From assembly GCF_009914755.1 (NCBI RefSeq), contig NC_060940.1: a stretch of 64,000 nucleotides of DNA, one strand, 5' to 3'. A program made the position numbers and the translations under genes. Below are positions 42,955 through 60,621 of the stretch, piece by piece. This stretch comes from the human T2T-CHM13v2.0 reference genome, Homo sapiens. Position 1 is the stretch's first letter; every line of letters starts with the position of its first letter. The notes beneath the pieces are model-generated. The model was not told where the DNA came from. It saw nothing but the letters and a program-made list of their open reading frames with translations, and searched no databases.

Positions 42955-43295
42955 AGGAGGGGTTAGTAAAGTACCACCCACGGACCAAATGGAAATGGCC
43001 ACCTGATTTTGCGTGGCTCATGAGCTTAAAATGATTTTTTAGGTTGTTTAAATAGTTTTTTAAAACCAAAAGAATAATATTTATTGACATATGAAAATTT
43101 CCTGTGTGAAATTTAAATTTAAGTGTCTATAAATAAAGTTTTATTGGCACATGTCCATGCCCATTCATTGGCCTATTGTCCATGGCAGCTTCCTGCTACC
43201 ATAGCAGAGTTGAGTACTTGGGACAGGGACCACACGGCCTCCAAAGCTCAAAATATGTATTCCATGTTCCCTTACTGAAAAAGCTTGCCAGCCCT
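42955..43295 (+). mobile_element. MER58-type hAT MITE
   Basis: 'aaataaagttttattgg...catgcccattcatt...aaaagcttgccagccct' motifs. Confidence 0.65.
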
Positions 43296-44744
43296 TCTTT
43301 TATTTTATGTATTTATTTAATTGTTTTTTTTTTTTTAAGACAGAGTCTCTCTCTGTTACCCACGCTGGGGTTACCATGCCTCAGCCTCCCAAGTAGCTGG
43401 GACTACAGGCGCCCGCCACTACGCCCGGCTAATTTTTTGTATTTTTAGTAGAGACAGGGTTTCGCCGTGTTGGCCAGGATGGTCTCGATCTCCTGATCTT
43501 GTGATCTGCCCGCCTCGGCCTCCCAAAGTGCTGGGATTACAGGCGTGAGCCACCGCGCCCAGCCGCCATCCCAGCATTCTTTAATACAGATTTCCCTCGT
43601 ATTGTCTAACTTGTTATGCAAATGGATTATTTTTCCCCCAAGGGGACCTCCACAACCAGCTTTGAAAACAATTATGCTTACTTTACTGCCCAGGACAAAA
43701 ACAGTAAAACTTTTGAAGTTCCCAGACACCAAAAGCCCTGCATTCTAACAGGTTTTGAGCAAACCTGATCCCAAAGCACTTTGTAGGTGTGTTGGCCCAC
43801 CATCACCATCCTGTAACTGGAATGCTCAACTCCAATTAGAAGTCTTCCTGGTTTGGGTCATTTGGGGCTTTGGGGAACCTTTGACCCTTTTTTCTCCCTT
43901 CCCTTTGGGCAGCTGCCCTGGGACATTGGCCCCATTCACAATTCTCCAGTTTCCCAGACAATGTGGCTTCTTGTGCTCTTTGCTCGGGCCCCTCTATTAA
44001 CCCTACAGAGAGGTTTCAGGTTACTGAAACAGACGCCTTGCTTTCTGCTGTGCATAATGTCCTTTTTCCAGCGAGAAACTGCAGCCCATCAGGATCTGGT
44101 TTTCATTAAAGGCACTTTGGGTCACTTTTTTAGCAGATTGGTCAAAAGGACTGAAAGGACTGGGCAGGGCGATGATGATTTGGAGGTCAATAGCTTTCTC
44201 TATGGGCCATACCCCTTCCCCACTGAAAGATTCCCCCACTGCAGACTGGAGGAAATCAGTCAGGCAAGGATCCCTGTGGTGAAAACTACTCGAAAACAGC
44301 AACAATAACCACAAACCTGAAATGAAGACAATTTCCTGAGAAACTATGAATGTTTGGATGTGCAAGGTGATCAACTTTCCCAGTTGCCCGGGACCAAAAG
44401 GTTTCCCAGGACTCAAAACTTTCCATTTTGAAACCAGAAAGTCACAGGCAAACCCGGAGGAGTTGGTCAACCCATGGATCAGAGTCACTTCATCTTCTGT
44501 GAAATTTGCAAAGATGCTAGGAGGTTCCCCTCCTGCTGGGACACCCCAGCCCAGACACAAACCATTAATTCACAATTACATGGAGTTTCACTGTCTGCAA
44601 GGCTGCTCCATTTAAGCTCTGGGTCATGAACACATAACTCTAGGCATACTGACACTAGCTGGGAGATTTTCCACCAAAAAAAAAAAAAAAAAATGCCATT
44701 TCATGACTATTAATCCAAAATAGGTAAATGTGTCTGGCTTATAG

Positions 44745-44879
<135 letters not shown>

Positions 44880-45921
44880 TGAGTCCAGAAGTTCAAAACC
44901 AGCCTGGGCAACATAGGGAGACTCCATTTCTACAAATAATTTAAAAATTAGCTGGGTGCATGCTTGTAGCCCTAGCTACTCAGGAGGTTGAGGCAGGAGA
45001 ATTGCCTGAGCCTGGGAGGTCGAGGCCACAGTGAGCCGCGATCACATGTCACTACATTCCAGCCTGGGTGACAGAGCAAAACCCTGGCTGGAAAAAAAAA
45101 AAATTCAAGCAGTCAAGGGGATGGGAGCTTGGTGGACTAGAGATGCCCAGACTTGAGTTCCTGTCCCAGCCCTGCCACTAATAGTGAGATTTTAGGCACA
45201 GCTATTCCCCTTCTTCTCTCCTAAGTCTCCGGAGAACAAATGGCTTTGGATTCAATGAGGAAAAGAAGGAAAGAAAGGAAGAAACTGGTCTCACTGAGCA
45301 TCCTCTATGAGCCGGGCATCACACCAAACCCTCCTCCCTGCCATTTACTCTTTCCACCAGCCTTGAAGGGTTACCGTACTCAGTTTCACAGATGAGTTCA
45401 GTGCACATGAACGATCACACAGCAAGCGAATGGCAGGGAGGGGGTTATGATGCAGGGCTGTGGGGCTCCCTAGTAACCTTAATCCCAGCAGTCATTTAAT
45501 GAGACAGAACTAAGTACACGCCTCTCTAACATACATTGTCTCGCTTAATTCTTGTAGAATCTTTGAGGCAAGCATTACCATTATCTCTACTTCACAGATG
45601 AGCAAATGGGTTCTGAGAGGTCAAGTGACCTGCCCAAGGTCACACAGCTATGCATGCACAGCCAGGTGGCAAACCCAGAGCTAAATGATTCCAACGCTCA
45701 CTGGCTTTGCTCTCCAGTGTCAGCTCAGCAGCCCTGAACCTAAAACTCCAGGTGGCAGGTGCCACCCCAGGGATAAGACCCCAGCTTTAACCTGAACCAA
45801 ACCTTAACCAGCTGTGTGCTATTGGGCAAATTCCTTAACCTCTATAGGCTTGCATTTCCTCCTCTGCATAGTAGGCATGGCACTCATACCTCCCTGGCAA
45901 AAAACTATCAACTTTATTTGT

Positions 45922-45956
<35 letters not shown>

Positions 45957-46499
45957 TTCATTCATGAGACAGAGTCTCCCTGTGTCGCCCAGAATGGAGG
46001 GCAGTGGCCTGATCTCGGCTCACTGCAACCTCCACCTGCCGGATTGATGCGATTCTCCTGCCTCAGCCTCCGGAGTAGCTGAGATTACAGGCGCCCGCCA
46101 CCACACCTGGCTAATATTTGTATTTTTAGTAGAGATGGAATTTCACCACTTTGGCCAGGCTGGTCTCGAACTCCTGGCCTCAAGTGATTCTCCTGCCTCA
46201 GCCTCCCAAAGTGCTGGGATTACAGGTGTGAGCCCCGGCCTTTACCTGCATTTTTCCATTTCTTCCACACAACTGTTATGAGGTAGGCATTACTTTATAC
46301 ATAAAATACATAAAGAACTAAGCCCAGCACTGGCACATATAAGAATGCAATGAATCGTAGCTATTATTACTAATGCTATTGTTTTTACTGCTGCTATATT
46401 ATTATAACAAATAATCATTGTGATAGTTATTGCAACAGTTGTCATCGCTGTTATTATATTACTAAGTAGTTTTGGATCCCTTTTCTCGAAGTTTCATCG

Positions 46500-47000
46500 T
46501 CCCCCCCCTCCAAGTGCCCTCCAATCCCAGGAGCCCTTAAAGCCGCTGCACCCACACTTTGCCCACCCTCTTTCTCTCGGTCTGTCCCCCACGCCATCCA
46601 TCACCTGCACCCCTTCCCTAGGGAGGCCCAGCGGTGGGCGCCCACCCGCTCCCCCAGCGCTTTGCCCCGTGAGTCCTCCGCCCAGGCCCCCGCGCGCGCC
46701 TCACCTGCGGAGCCCGGCTTGGCCGCACTGAGTCCCACGGGCGGGCGGGTGGCGCAGGGCGGGGCCGCGGGGCTCATGCGGGGAGCGGGCAGGCAGGAGA
46801 GCGGCGGGGCGGCGCCAGCCGGCAGCTCTGCGACCTCCTCCCTGCAGCGGCCCAGGTGGGAACTCAGCCAGGGCAGCGGCGGGGGTCACAGTCCCCGCCT
46901 GGGACTTCCTATCTGTCGAAGCTTGCAAGACGCACAAATGCCTGCTCCCCAGCCACTCTTCGGGGCGGCAGCTAGGAAGCGAGGATGGGGAGCACTAGAG
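46500..47000. promoter_or_regulatory. OTOA: CpG-island promoter of OTOA with GC boxes
   Basis: Only clearly GC/CpG-dense non-repeat stretch in the window; GGGCGG motifs at ~46739-46765 and ~46806-46812. Confidence 0.8.
46705..46970 (-). other. OTOA: OTOA non-coding exon 1 (5' boundary approximate)
   Basis: Strong donor CAG|GTGAGG at 46705/46704 inside a CpG island upstream of the ATG exon; the TSS cannot be read directly from sequence. Confidence 0.75.
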
Positions 47001-47056
47001 AGCTATCCACCAATCGCTACATGGGACCTTTATTTAGATCTGAATTCAAACCGTTA

Positions 47057-47582
<526 letters not shown>

Positions 47583-48602
47583 TCACTACGCCCCGCTTAT
47601 TTTTTTGTATTTTTAGCAGAGGCCGGGTTTCTCCATGTTGGCTAGGCTGGTCTCAAACTCCTGACCTCAGGTGATCCGCCGGCCTCGGCCTCCCAAAGTG
47701 CTGGGATTACAGGCGTGAGCCATCGCACCCTGCCGGGTTTCTTAATGAATAATTGTAATGTGGCTATCTTTTCAGAGTGGTTATCTTTTACAGTTATATA
47801 TTTACAAAACTGAAATGAGACATCTGGGATTTGCTTGGCAATAGTGGAACCAAGGAGTAGTGGGAGTAGGGATGAAACAAGGTGGGCCATGTGTTGATAA
47901 TTGCTGAGGCTGGTTGGGGAGGATTCATTATTACCTTTCTTTTTTATGTACTTGGAATTTTCCATAATAAAAATAATAGTATGACCTATAATAGATGTAT
48001 ACATACACAGAGTGGTAGAAAAAAATTCATCCTAAATGTCCACCAATAATGAAATGCTTAAATAAATGGATACATAAACGCTGTGGATTACACAGTCATT
48101 AAAATTGTTCTTAACAAAGACCACATAATTAGCACAAGGAAATAATTTTATATCCAAAACAAAAAAGCCAATGGTAAGAAATAGATGTATTTGAACTTTT
48201 ATTGAACCTAGAAGCTAGGGGCTGGGTGTGGAGCCTCACACCTGTAATCCCAGCACTTTGGGAGGCCAAGGCAGGCTGATCACTTGAGGTCAAGAGTTTG
48301 AGACCAGCCTGGCCAACATGGTGAAACCTCGTCTCTACTAAAATTACAAAAATTAGCCAGGCATGGTCGTGGGCACCTGTAATCCCTGTTACTTGGGAGG
48401 CTGAGGCAGGAGAATTGCATGAGCTGGGGAGGTGGCAGTTGCAGTGATCTGAGATGGCACCACTGCCCTCCCACCTGGACAACAGAGCAAGACTCCATCT
48501 CAAAAACAAAGCAAAACAAAACAAAAAACTAGAAGGCAAGGCTGGGTGGGGTGGCTCAGACCTCTAATTCCAACACTTTGGGAGGCTGAGGTGGGTGGAT
48601 CA

Positions 48603-48866
<264 letters not shown>

Positions 48867-49781
48867 TTAGCTTTGCATGATAGGATTATGCATAACTGTT
48901 TTGCATCTTTCCTAATGAAAATAGTTGTGGACTCAAGAAGTTTCCTTGCAATCCTTCACATTTAACGAAACACATCTAATACCCGTAATATTTCAAAGTA
49001 ATCATTGAAATGCCCAACGCTAACATTAGTTTGTCAGTGGCACAATTAAAACATTATCTTCAGAAATGACCAATTGCAGCATTCTGCTGCCCATCTGATA
49101 GTAATTTATATAATGCTAATGTCCAGCATCCTCAAAAACATCCTTTTATCCCCAGGGTCTTTGTTTAATCCTTTAAATAAAAAGCTTAACCTCAGCCGGG
49201 CACAGTGGCTCATGCTTGCAATCCCAGCACTTTGGGAGGCTGAGACGGGCAGATCACAAGGTTAGGAGATCGAGACCATCTGGCTAATACAGTGAAACCC
49301 CGTCTCTACTAAAAATACAAAAAATTAGCCAGGCGTGGTGACGGGCGCCTGTAGTCCCAGCTACTCAGAAGGCTGAGGCAGGAGAATGGTATGAACCCGG
49401 GAGGCAGAGCTTGCAGTGAGCCAAGATCATGCCACCACTCCAGCCTGGGTGACACAGTGAGACTCTTTCTCAAAAAAAAAAAAAAAAAAAAAAAAGCTTA
49501 ACCTCAAGCTTTAAATGACAGGAAATGGCTTCCATCCTTTGTCAATTTTTGATTTAGAATATAGGTGTCTAGGAGTCTCACATGACTCATCTCAGAACAA
49601 TAAAAGGACCTTTTCATTTTTACATATTTTAATGTTTAAACATTTATAAATGTGTGTATATATACATGCACAGAAAAAAAAAAGTCTGGAAGGCATAAAC
49701 CAAACTGTCAGTAGTGGTTCTCTCAAGTTTATGGGGTAAGTAAAGTTAATTTTCATTTTATACTTTTTCTGCGATGAACGT

Positions 49782-50160
49782 TGATATGGTTTGGCTTTGT
49801 GTCCCCACCCAAATCTTGTGTGGAATTGTAATCCCAGTGTTGGGGGAGGGGTCTGGTGGGAGGTGATTGGATCATGGGGCTGACTTCCCCCTCAATACTG
49901 CTTTCGTGATAGTGAGTGAGTGCTCAGTTGTTTAAAAGTGTGTGGTACCTTCTCCTTGGTTCTCTCTTAGTTCTCCTTCCACCATGTAAGACATGCAGGC
50001 TTCCCCTTCACTTTCCACCATGATTGTAAGTTTCCTGAGGCCTCCCTAGAAGCAGAAGCCTATACAGCCTGCAGAACCATGAGCCAATTAAACCTCTTTT
50101 CTTTATAAATTACCCAGTCTTAAGTGTGTTTTTATAGCAGTGTGAGAAAGGACTAATACA
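49782..50160 (+). mobile_element. MSTA-type MaLR solo LTR with perfect 5-bp TSD AACGT
   Basis: TGATATGGTTTGG...GACTAATACA, flanked by AACGT at 49777-49781 and 50161-50165. Confidence 0.88.
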
Positions 50161-50219
50161 AACGTGTTACTTATAATGGAAAAACCAGTAGGGCTTTACG
50201 ATCAGTCATGGCCACCCTA

Positions 50220-50570
<351 letters not shown>

Positions 50571-51059
50571 CTAGCATTTGGAAAAGTGTTGAGAGTTCAC
50601 AGTCGTTTAAAACCAGCGTTCTGTGTTGAATCCTAAACAGGATATAAGAAAATAGCATTTGGGCACTCTATCTGTTCTTATTTTCCAGAACTTAAGAAGT
50701 ACAGGTATATAAGACATCCCAATTTACATGGGCATTTACTTGAGAGAAAAAATACTTACTTTTCATTTTACATGTATTGAAAGTAATTTTAAAGTGACTT
50801 TCTAACAAAAGCATATTATTTAATTCATGTGAATACAGCATACTGACCCAAATCCAGAGGGAATTCTTAAGTTCGGTTATGTAATAATATTCTCCCTGTT
50901 CTCCAAAAGTATACAATTTCACAGTGAAAAAGAAGTATTTTGTTATCACTGAATACTGAGTCCAATTCAGTGATACTGATATAGATAGCAAGCTACAAAG
51001 CACAATTTACTAGTAAATGAAGCCAAATGCCATACAAGTTGTATTATAAAAACAAATGA

Positions 51060-52630
<1,571 letters not shown>

Positions 52631-53463
52631 AGTGCTAGGCCAGGGACAGTGGCTAACACCTGCAGTCCCAACACTTTGGGAGGCCAAGGTAGAAGGATCA
52701 CTTGAGGCCAGGAGTTTAAGACCAGCCTAGGCAACATAGTCCTGATTTGTCTCAAGTTACTTATGAGCCCAGTTTTGTGCTCAGTGCACTCCTAGACAGT
52801 ACAACTCAGTCCAGGCTGCCCTGATTCCATGCACTATCTTCTAGCCGGCGGAAGCACTGGATATAAGGTAACTGGGGGTGCTTAAGCATCTGCACTAACA
52901 TGGTAGGTCACTTTAGTCACTGGAAGCCCATGATACTATACTGACATTGCTGGAGAAAAAGGATCATGTAACACCTCCATCAGTAACCAAGTAGTGGGAA
53001 GCAATTAATGAAAACATCTTGCTTCATTAATACTGTAAATAACATACGCAGTATAGCCTATTAATACTATACTCAGAACCAAGTGAAAACAAAGCTTTGC
53101 TCAGGAAGACTTGAAACATCTACACTTTATTTTCCAACTCAACTTTTTTCTGTTAAAAGCCAACCATGTAAAAACTGATGACAGGTCACACTGGATGGCA
53201 GAAAATACAGTACTGCTTTTAACTACTCTGTACAAGGGATAAATGACTAAGGGCACTGTACCTCCTTTCCTCCCCTTCTCTGAGATCAGTGGTCTGAGCA
53301 CTTTAGGAGCTTAAAATGCAGGTGCAGGGAGCTAGGAATCAGAGGTGTGGCTTGCATTTCAACCTTTAAGGTCAATTGGTTAGCTTGCTTTTACCACAAA
53401 TAAAGCTCTTCTTAATTTCTCTAGTACAGTCTTAACTTGATATGAAGCACTTACACGAGGAAT

Positions 53464-55501
53464 GGTGCAGACAAGGCAGCTTTATTGTACTTTGGGGGAG
53501 AAAAACATGATTCCATTTACGGGGAAAAAAGCCATTGACACTCAGTAAGCAACACTGCCATCTAGTGGAATGGTGACACACCACCAAGAATTTCAAGACC
53601 CGATAGGAAATGTGAGTGGATTTGGTTTCAATTTTCACCACAAAACAGCACTTTTAATAAGCTGGTTTTCAGAGAACTTCAGATTTTTTTGAGAAACTAC
53701 TTTTTATCTTTAAAATGCATAAATGTATGTGTTTTCTCTGTTTTGGGGGGGTGGTTAAGAATGAGTTGTATTTTTCTTATTAGAGCATAAAGTTCTCTAC
53801 TTGAAAGTTAGAAAACACTTTGGGGCAACCTGCCTCCTTGAACATCCATCACTTCTGCTTGACAGTCTAACAGCAACCCCTGATTTTAACAGACAGTTTA
53901 TAAAGAAGCAAAACTCAACTGTACAAGAACGACATTAAGTTTTCTCATTTCCTCTTTCTATTTTTACAATCTATGGTGCTAAGTATTTGTACTTCACTTA
54001 CTTGAATTCCTGGAAAAAAATCATTAGAACACACCAATAACAATTTTGCATAAATCACATAACCCAACTCTTATTATGACTGCACAGTAACAGTGGAAGA
54101 TATTGGTGTGAGGATGTGGGAATGCAGTTCTTAATGAATAATAAAGTAATTCTTCAGGTTTTAATTCGCCTTTATACCCAGGTGTTGGAGTGAATGTGTT
54201 GATCTGATGACTTCTATGAGCATATAAATGAGAATACTTAATGAAACACCTGGATGAAAAAAGAAATAAAGTAGTGAGGATAACATATTGTTAATAACCA
54301 CAATCTCATATTGACATTTCTGTTATTACTGAGATTTCAGATTCTGGGTTAAATGCTCTGCTCTTTGGAATATCCACGATGGTTATTGATCTTGCTAATG
54401 GGTTCCTCTATGGCAGCATTTCTGGGTTTATGGTTGGAGGCACTCACGGATTCCAGAATGCATGAGTCTGACACGGTCTTCATCAAACCATATTCTTGGC
54501 AAATAATAAACTCCTTTAAGGATTTCAGGGAAGAGCCAAGCTCTGGGAGAGAGGTATATAAGTGTAGAGTAAGAAGTTGAATTAAAACATTTTTAGTTGC
54601 ATTTTGTCAGTAGACAAAACTGAATGTTTCAATTCTGAGAACCTGAGATTGTCCAGAAAAAAACAAAGTTCAGTGTATGGGACATGAGTGATCACAAAGT
54701 CAGAACCAGGTTATTTTGCATTTTTCACAGCAGCATTAACTGGGGGGGTGGGGGGAGGGGTCCCTGAAGTTCTGTATCTGAATGAGGCTGGGTTTTTGTT
54801 TCTGTTTTTTTTTTTTACTGACTCAGTGTTCACTGCAATTTGCAATAATCTCCCCTTCCCCCAAGTCTGAAGCCTTCCTTCCCCCCTATTCAAATTGTCT
54901 GCGTCATTCTCATAATGCTACTATTTGGGTACTCCTGAAGCCAAACCAATAAAAAATGCTAGGGGAGCTTTATATGAATTCAAACATGATGCCAAAGTCA
55001 TCTCCAAAAAAGTTTATTAGCATGATTAAAAACATTTTCTTGAATAATAACAGAAAGAATTTCTAAACATGAAAGAATATCAGTGGCTATACCTTAAAAC
55101 CAGTATTTGGAATTGAATGGACAGCTTTATTGCCAGTCTTCAAAAAACAATCCATTGATTGGTTCCATGAAGTCGTGACTATTGCTTTGTCTGGGAATGA
55201 GTCCCTACTGCAATTAAGTATAAAAAATATCTTCCATCATAATTGGAGTGTGACCTGCATTGGAGAGTGGCTCTGAGTAAAGAGTTGATAAAAATCCACA
55301 AAGAGTTGGGTTTTTGTCTTTTAAAAACATTCCTTTACACACTACAAAGAAATAATTAGTATTTTGGCTTTTTAAATTCCTACATGATATTTAGAATGGC
55401 GGTCCCCAAGGGTCCTCCCTTCACGTAATTGTGAACACAGACCCTCTTCCAAGGGCACATCCCGGAGGGTGCGGACTCTGAAGACTTCGACCTCCACGTG
55501 T
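53464..55501 (-). other. METTL9: METTL9 3'UTR (~2 kb, repeat-free; end approximate)
   Basis: Unique AT-rich sequence after the stop codon, free of Alus, ending near the AATAAA at 53486-53481. Confidence 0.75.
53481..53486 (-). terminator. METTL9: Distal poly(A) signal AATAAA of METTL9 (other candidates 55131-55126, 55018-55013, 53130-53125)
   Basis: TTTATT on the plus strand. Confidence 0.65.
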
Positions 55502-55726
<225 letters not shown>

Positions 55727-56652
55727 TCAGTTAAATTCTTGAACAAACAAGTGATTTAAAGAGGGAAGCAGGGAGGAGCCATATCTACCAAGGACTTGGT
55801 ACGTTCCAAGCCTGAGGGCTTCATGAGTTACCTCTTTTGTACTTCCCAGGTACTCTTTGAGACAGGTGGGCAGATAAAGAACAGACTCAGAAGGGGTGAA
55901 GAACTTGCCCACGCTTGCAAGGTTAATGAGTGTCAGTACGGAAATGTAAGCCCAGGTTTGTCTGGATCCAAGGCCCCACACTGTTATCTTCTCTGACAGT
56001 TTTGGGTAGTATCTGCCAATAGACTGACTGCAGGGTGTAATGGTTAATGGGTTTGGAAAACTGGTCATTAAATGCTGGAATACTGAAACAGAGAGCAACA
56101 TGTAATATCTGAAGGACAGTTTTGGACAAATGCAAGAAAATACCACTGGCATAGTAAACTTATGCAACTTACTACCTAGAGAGATTTATTAGGCTGAAAA
56201 TAAAAACAGGCTCATGAAGGATTTTAATTTAGAAAAGCAGATCATTGGGGAGTTTTTCTAGGGAAGTTGACTCATTCTTTGCCTTTTCAGAACAATTTCA
56301 TAAACATTAAGCTCCAGGACCAGAGAGAGATGGAACAGTAGGATGGATACACCGTCCAGCATTTCTTGGACTAGAGATGAAGCCTCTATCAGTCATTTCC
56401 AAACCTATGAGCAGGAGATGCCTGGGGGACAAGGGGACTAGGGAAGGTCCTCAAATTCACATACAAACCTGGCACTGACTACAGACACACACACAGAGAT
56501 GACAGTATATTTAACTTTGGGGGTACTTTTTAGGTGCTATGGTGATACAAAAACTACATACATCTGTTGAAGTGTTAAAACCAGATTGAGGCCGGGCGTG
56601 GTGGCACATGCCTGTAATCCCAGCACTTTGGGAGGCCGAGGTGGGCGGATCA

Positions 56653-56967
<315 letters not shown>

Positions 56968-56999
56968 TCATATCATGGTGGGGAGATTTTTCATAATTT

Positions 57000-57485
57000 T
57001 CAGTGGTGCAGATGACGCTCTTCCCATGTCTGGGGAATTGCCTGCCCAGAGTCTGGGAGAGACACAAGGCCTGGGAGCCGCTTTCCTGGCCTGCCGTGCA
57101 GCTGAGGCACTGGCACGCAGCCTAAGCCAGGCACACTTGCCCACGCCCTGGAATGGAGAGCCAGTGACCCAGAGTAGTGGGGATGTGAGCTTCTCCTTCT
57201 CTGGGGGTGGAGCAATGGCAGTGAGACCAAGGGGCTGGGGCAGTGGTTGAGCGATGCTGACAACAGGGCTGATGGCACCTAGTGTTTGGCAGTGGCAGTA
57301 GCATCCTCTTCAGACCTGTTTATGGTGTGATTTGAGGCATTCTTCCTGGCTGTGGACCCCACACAAGATTCACTAGCCCTCCCAGTGACTCTAGGATCTA
57401 CCTTCAAATGTTTGCATAAATTTCCTTTTAAGTCAGCCTGAGTCTGTTTCTGCTGCTTTACAAAGAAGACCCTTACTGAATCACC
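57000..57485 (+). mobile_element. Old MLT1-type LTR fragment
   Basis: 3' end resembles MLT1 ('ataaatttcc...tctgtttctgctgctttacaa...actgaatca'). Confidence 0.45.
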
Positions 57486-58199
57486 ACTAAGTGCTGGGGG
57501 AGAGGACACAGAGGACAGAGGGCCCACATATTTGTTTCTCAACACATTAAAAGGGGGTCTTTGGGCCAGGCATGGTGGCTCACACCTGTAATCCTAACAC
57601 TTTGGGAGGCCAAGGCAGGGGGATCGCTTGAGGGCAGGACTAGCCTAGACAACACAGAATCTACAAAAAAAAAAAAAAATTAGCCAGGGGTGGTGGTGCA
57701 TGCCTGTAGTCCCAGCTACTCAGGAAGCTGAGGCTGCAATGACCTGCAATCTTGCCACTGCATTCCAGCCTGGGTGATAGAGACCCTGTCAAAAAAGGGG
57801 GGAAGGCAGGTGTCTTTGGATTCAAAACTGGAGTACAAAAAGTTAATAACAGACAATTTATTTATTCGCTGCATTAGAATGTGTTGTTTACTAACTTTTC
57901 TCATCTCTACACAAAGCCACTTCTCCTTCTGCTGTTCTTTGTTCCCAGCAGTTACTGGCCCAGAGTGGCACCCAGAGCAGGTACCCTAGACAGTGACTGA
58001 ACTGTTCTGAAAAATCCAAGTACGAATTATTTGTCAAACAATACTCCTTCCTGGAAATATGTGCTAGGTGTAAATCAAAATCTCACCCAGAAACATCTAA
58101 CACCTATGACAACTGTAAAATCCATGGAAAAAAAAAAGATATGCACATTTCTAAATGTGCTCCAGGCCAAAATCTCAATGTTAAATGGTGAAGCCATCC

Positions 58200-58335
58200 T
58201 TGCACAATTTCAAAAAGTTCCTGATTATGGTTCCTTCATAAGAGGTTCCTCTCTTCAGCTCTTCTTCCCTTCTGAAAAAAGAAAGCCAACTTTCCTTTCA
58301 AATACACACCCCAACCCGCCCCGGCATACACAGAA
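58200..58335 (+). promoter_or_regulatory. IGSF6: Putative IGSF6 proximal promoter/5'UTR with ETS (PU.1-like) TTCC cores
   Basis: TTCCTC/TTCCTT motifs immediately upstream of the ATG; myeloid expression is prior knowledge. Confidence 0.4.
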
Positions 58336-58402
58336 ATGGGGACTGCGAGCAGAAGCAACATCGCTCGCCATCTGCAAACCAATCTCATTCTATTTTGTGT
58401 CG
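58336..58402 (+). CDS. IGSF6: IGSF6 exon 1 coding part ([22 protein letters not shown], signal peptide)
   Basis: agaaATGG start in good Kozak context; TCG|gtaagg donor; phase 1 joins exon 2 in frame. Confidence 0.92.
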
Positions 58403-59564
58403 GTAAGGTTCTTTTTCTTCTCCTCCTTCATTTTATTTAAATCAACTGCTATTTTTCACCTAATGCATTTATATTTTAAGCTCCTTCAGATTAATTTTTA
58501 AATGTATAACATTATGAAAACTGCCTAAGAGGATAAGTTTCCTTTTTCCCCTGAGAAATAGACAATAAAAAAATAGCTGAGAAAAAGTTTCATATTAACC
58601 TTGAAAAGTCTCTTTGCTATTATGCTAATTGGAGACAATCTGACCAAAGGGTTGAAAATATTCTTAAAATCGTAGGTATAAGTTATCAATAATTTAATTA
58701 TCATACAAACTTGATCTGCACATAGAAAGCAATAAATGATTATTTGCTGAATATTTTCAAAGAACAATTTCTATAAAAGTACTTTTCATTTAAGAAAAAA
58801 AAAACTGCCATGACTCCAATAGCCATCCCATAGTATATCTATTTTTAAAATTCTGTCTACTTCTGTTTTTTTATCTATGAAAGAGAAAGGATTTCCAATA
58901 CATCTAGTAATCTCAGATTTGCCCACACAATTTGGATTATAGGGCAGGGAAGGGGGGAAAGTTCTTAATTTTTTCTCATCTGTGAAGAAATATATCAAAA
59001 TGTTAATGGGAGTTATTTCAGGCAAAAGGACTATGGGTGACTTTTTGCTTCTACTTTTAATAACCTGTTTTTTGCTAATAAGTATATATTACTTTCATAG
59101 ACTATTTTAATTAGCATTATTTTAAAGAAGAATTCCTGTCTTTTAGAGATATATTCTGAAAGATGCAGATAAAATGGCTGGGATTTGCTCTAAAATAATA
59201 TGGGAGTGAGGGAGTAGGTGGGAGGAGAAAAGAAACAAGATTGGGTCGAAGCCATGTGATGGCAGGGGGTTGACTGTACTACTTCGCTACTTTGATATGT
59301 TAGAAATTTGAAATCTAATATAATAAAGCTTTGGGCTGGGCGTGGTGGTTCATGCCTGTAATCCCAGCACTTTGGGGGCCAAGGTGAGAGGATCACTTGA
59401 GCTCAGGAGTTCAAGACCAGCATGAACAACATAATGAGACCCCCATTTCTACACAAGAAAAAAAAATAGCTGGGCGTGATGGCACCTGCACTGCACCTGC
59501 AGTCCCACCCACCTGGGAGGCTGAGGCAGGAGGATCACTTGAGCCCAGGACTTTCAGGCTATAG

Positions 59565-59898
<334 letters not shown>

Positions 59899-60374
59899 TA
59901 GCCAGGATGGTCTCGATCTCCTGACCTCGTGATCCGCCCGCCTCGGCCTCCCATAATGCTGGGATTACAGGCATGAGCCACCATGCCCAGCCTCAATATG
60001 GTTTTTTAAAATAATAAGAATAATCTTTCTATTCCCTCCATGGAGGAAATAAATCTTCAACCTTTTCATTGGATACTGTGTTTAAAAAACAATTCCTAGA
60101 ATATGAGGATTCTTAAAAGAAATCATTCACAGAAGCAGGCTGTGGTGTGACATATCCAAACTTCTCTTTTTTGTTAATAGGTTGCCTAACTGGTTGGGGG
60201 AGGGAACCACAGTTTCATCACAAGTTCCTGCTCACAGAGGAAATCATTACAATTGGTTTTCTCCCACACATAGCCTAATTGGGAAGAAGGTGGAAATAAG
60301 TAGAGATATGAAATTCCAAAGTTACAAATACCTGTTTTTATCCTATACTACTAGTTTTTAAAGAAAAGTGTTGA

Positions 60375-60621
<247 letters not shown>

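Noticed and set aside
43853-44560. Overlapping 151-aa (+) and 179-aa (-) ORFs
   Set aside because: Non-ATG starts, no recognisable domain, no poly(A)/TSD of a retrocopy; likely chance ORFs
58031-58501. 156-aa plus-strand ORF over IGSF6 exon 1
   Set aside because: TTG start and a different frame from the real IGSF6 ATG at 58336
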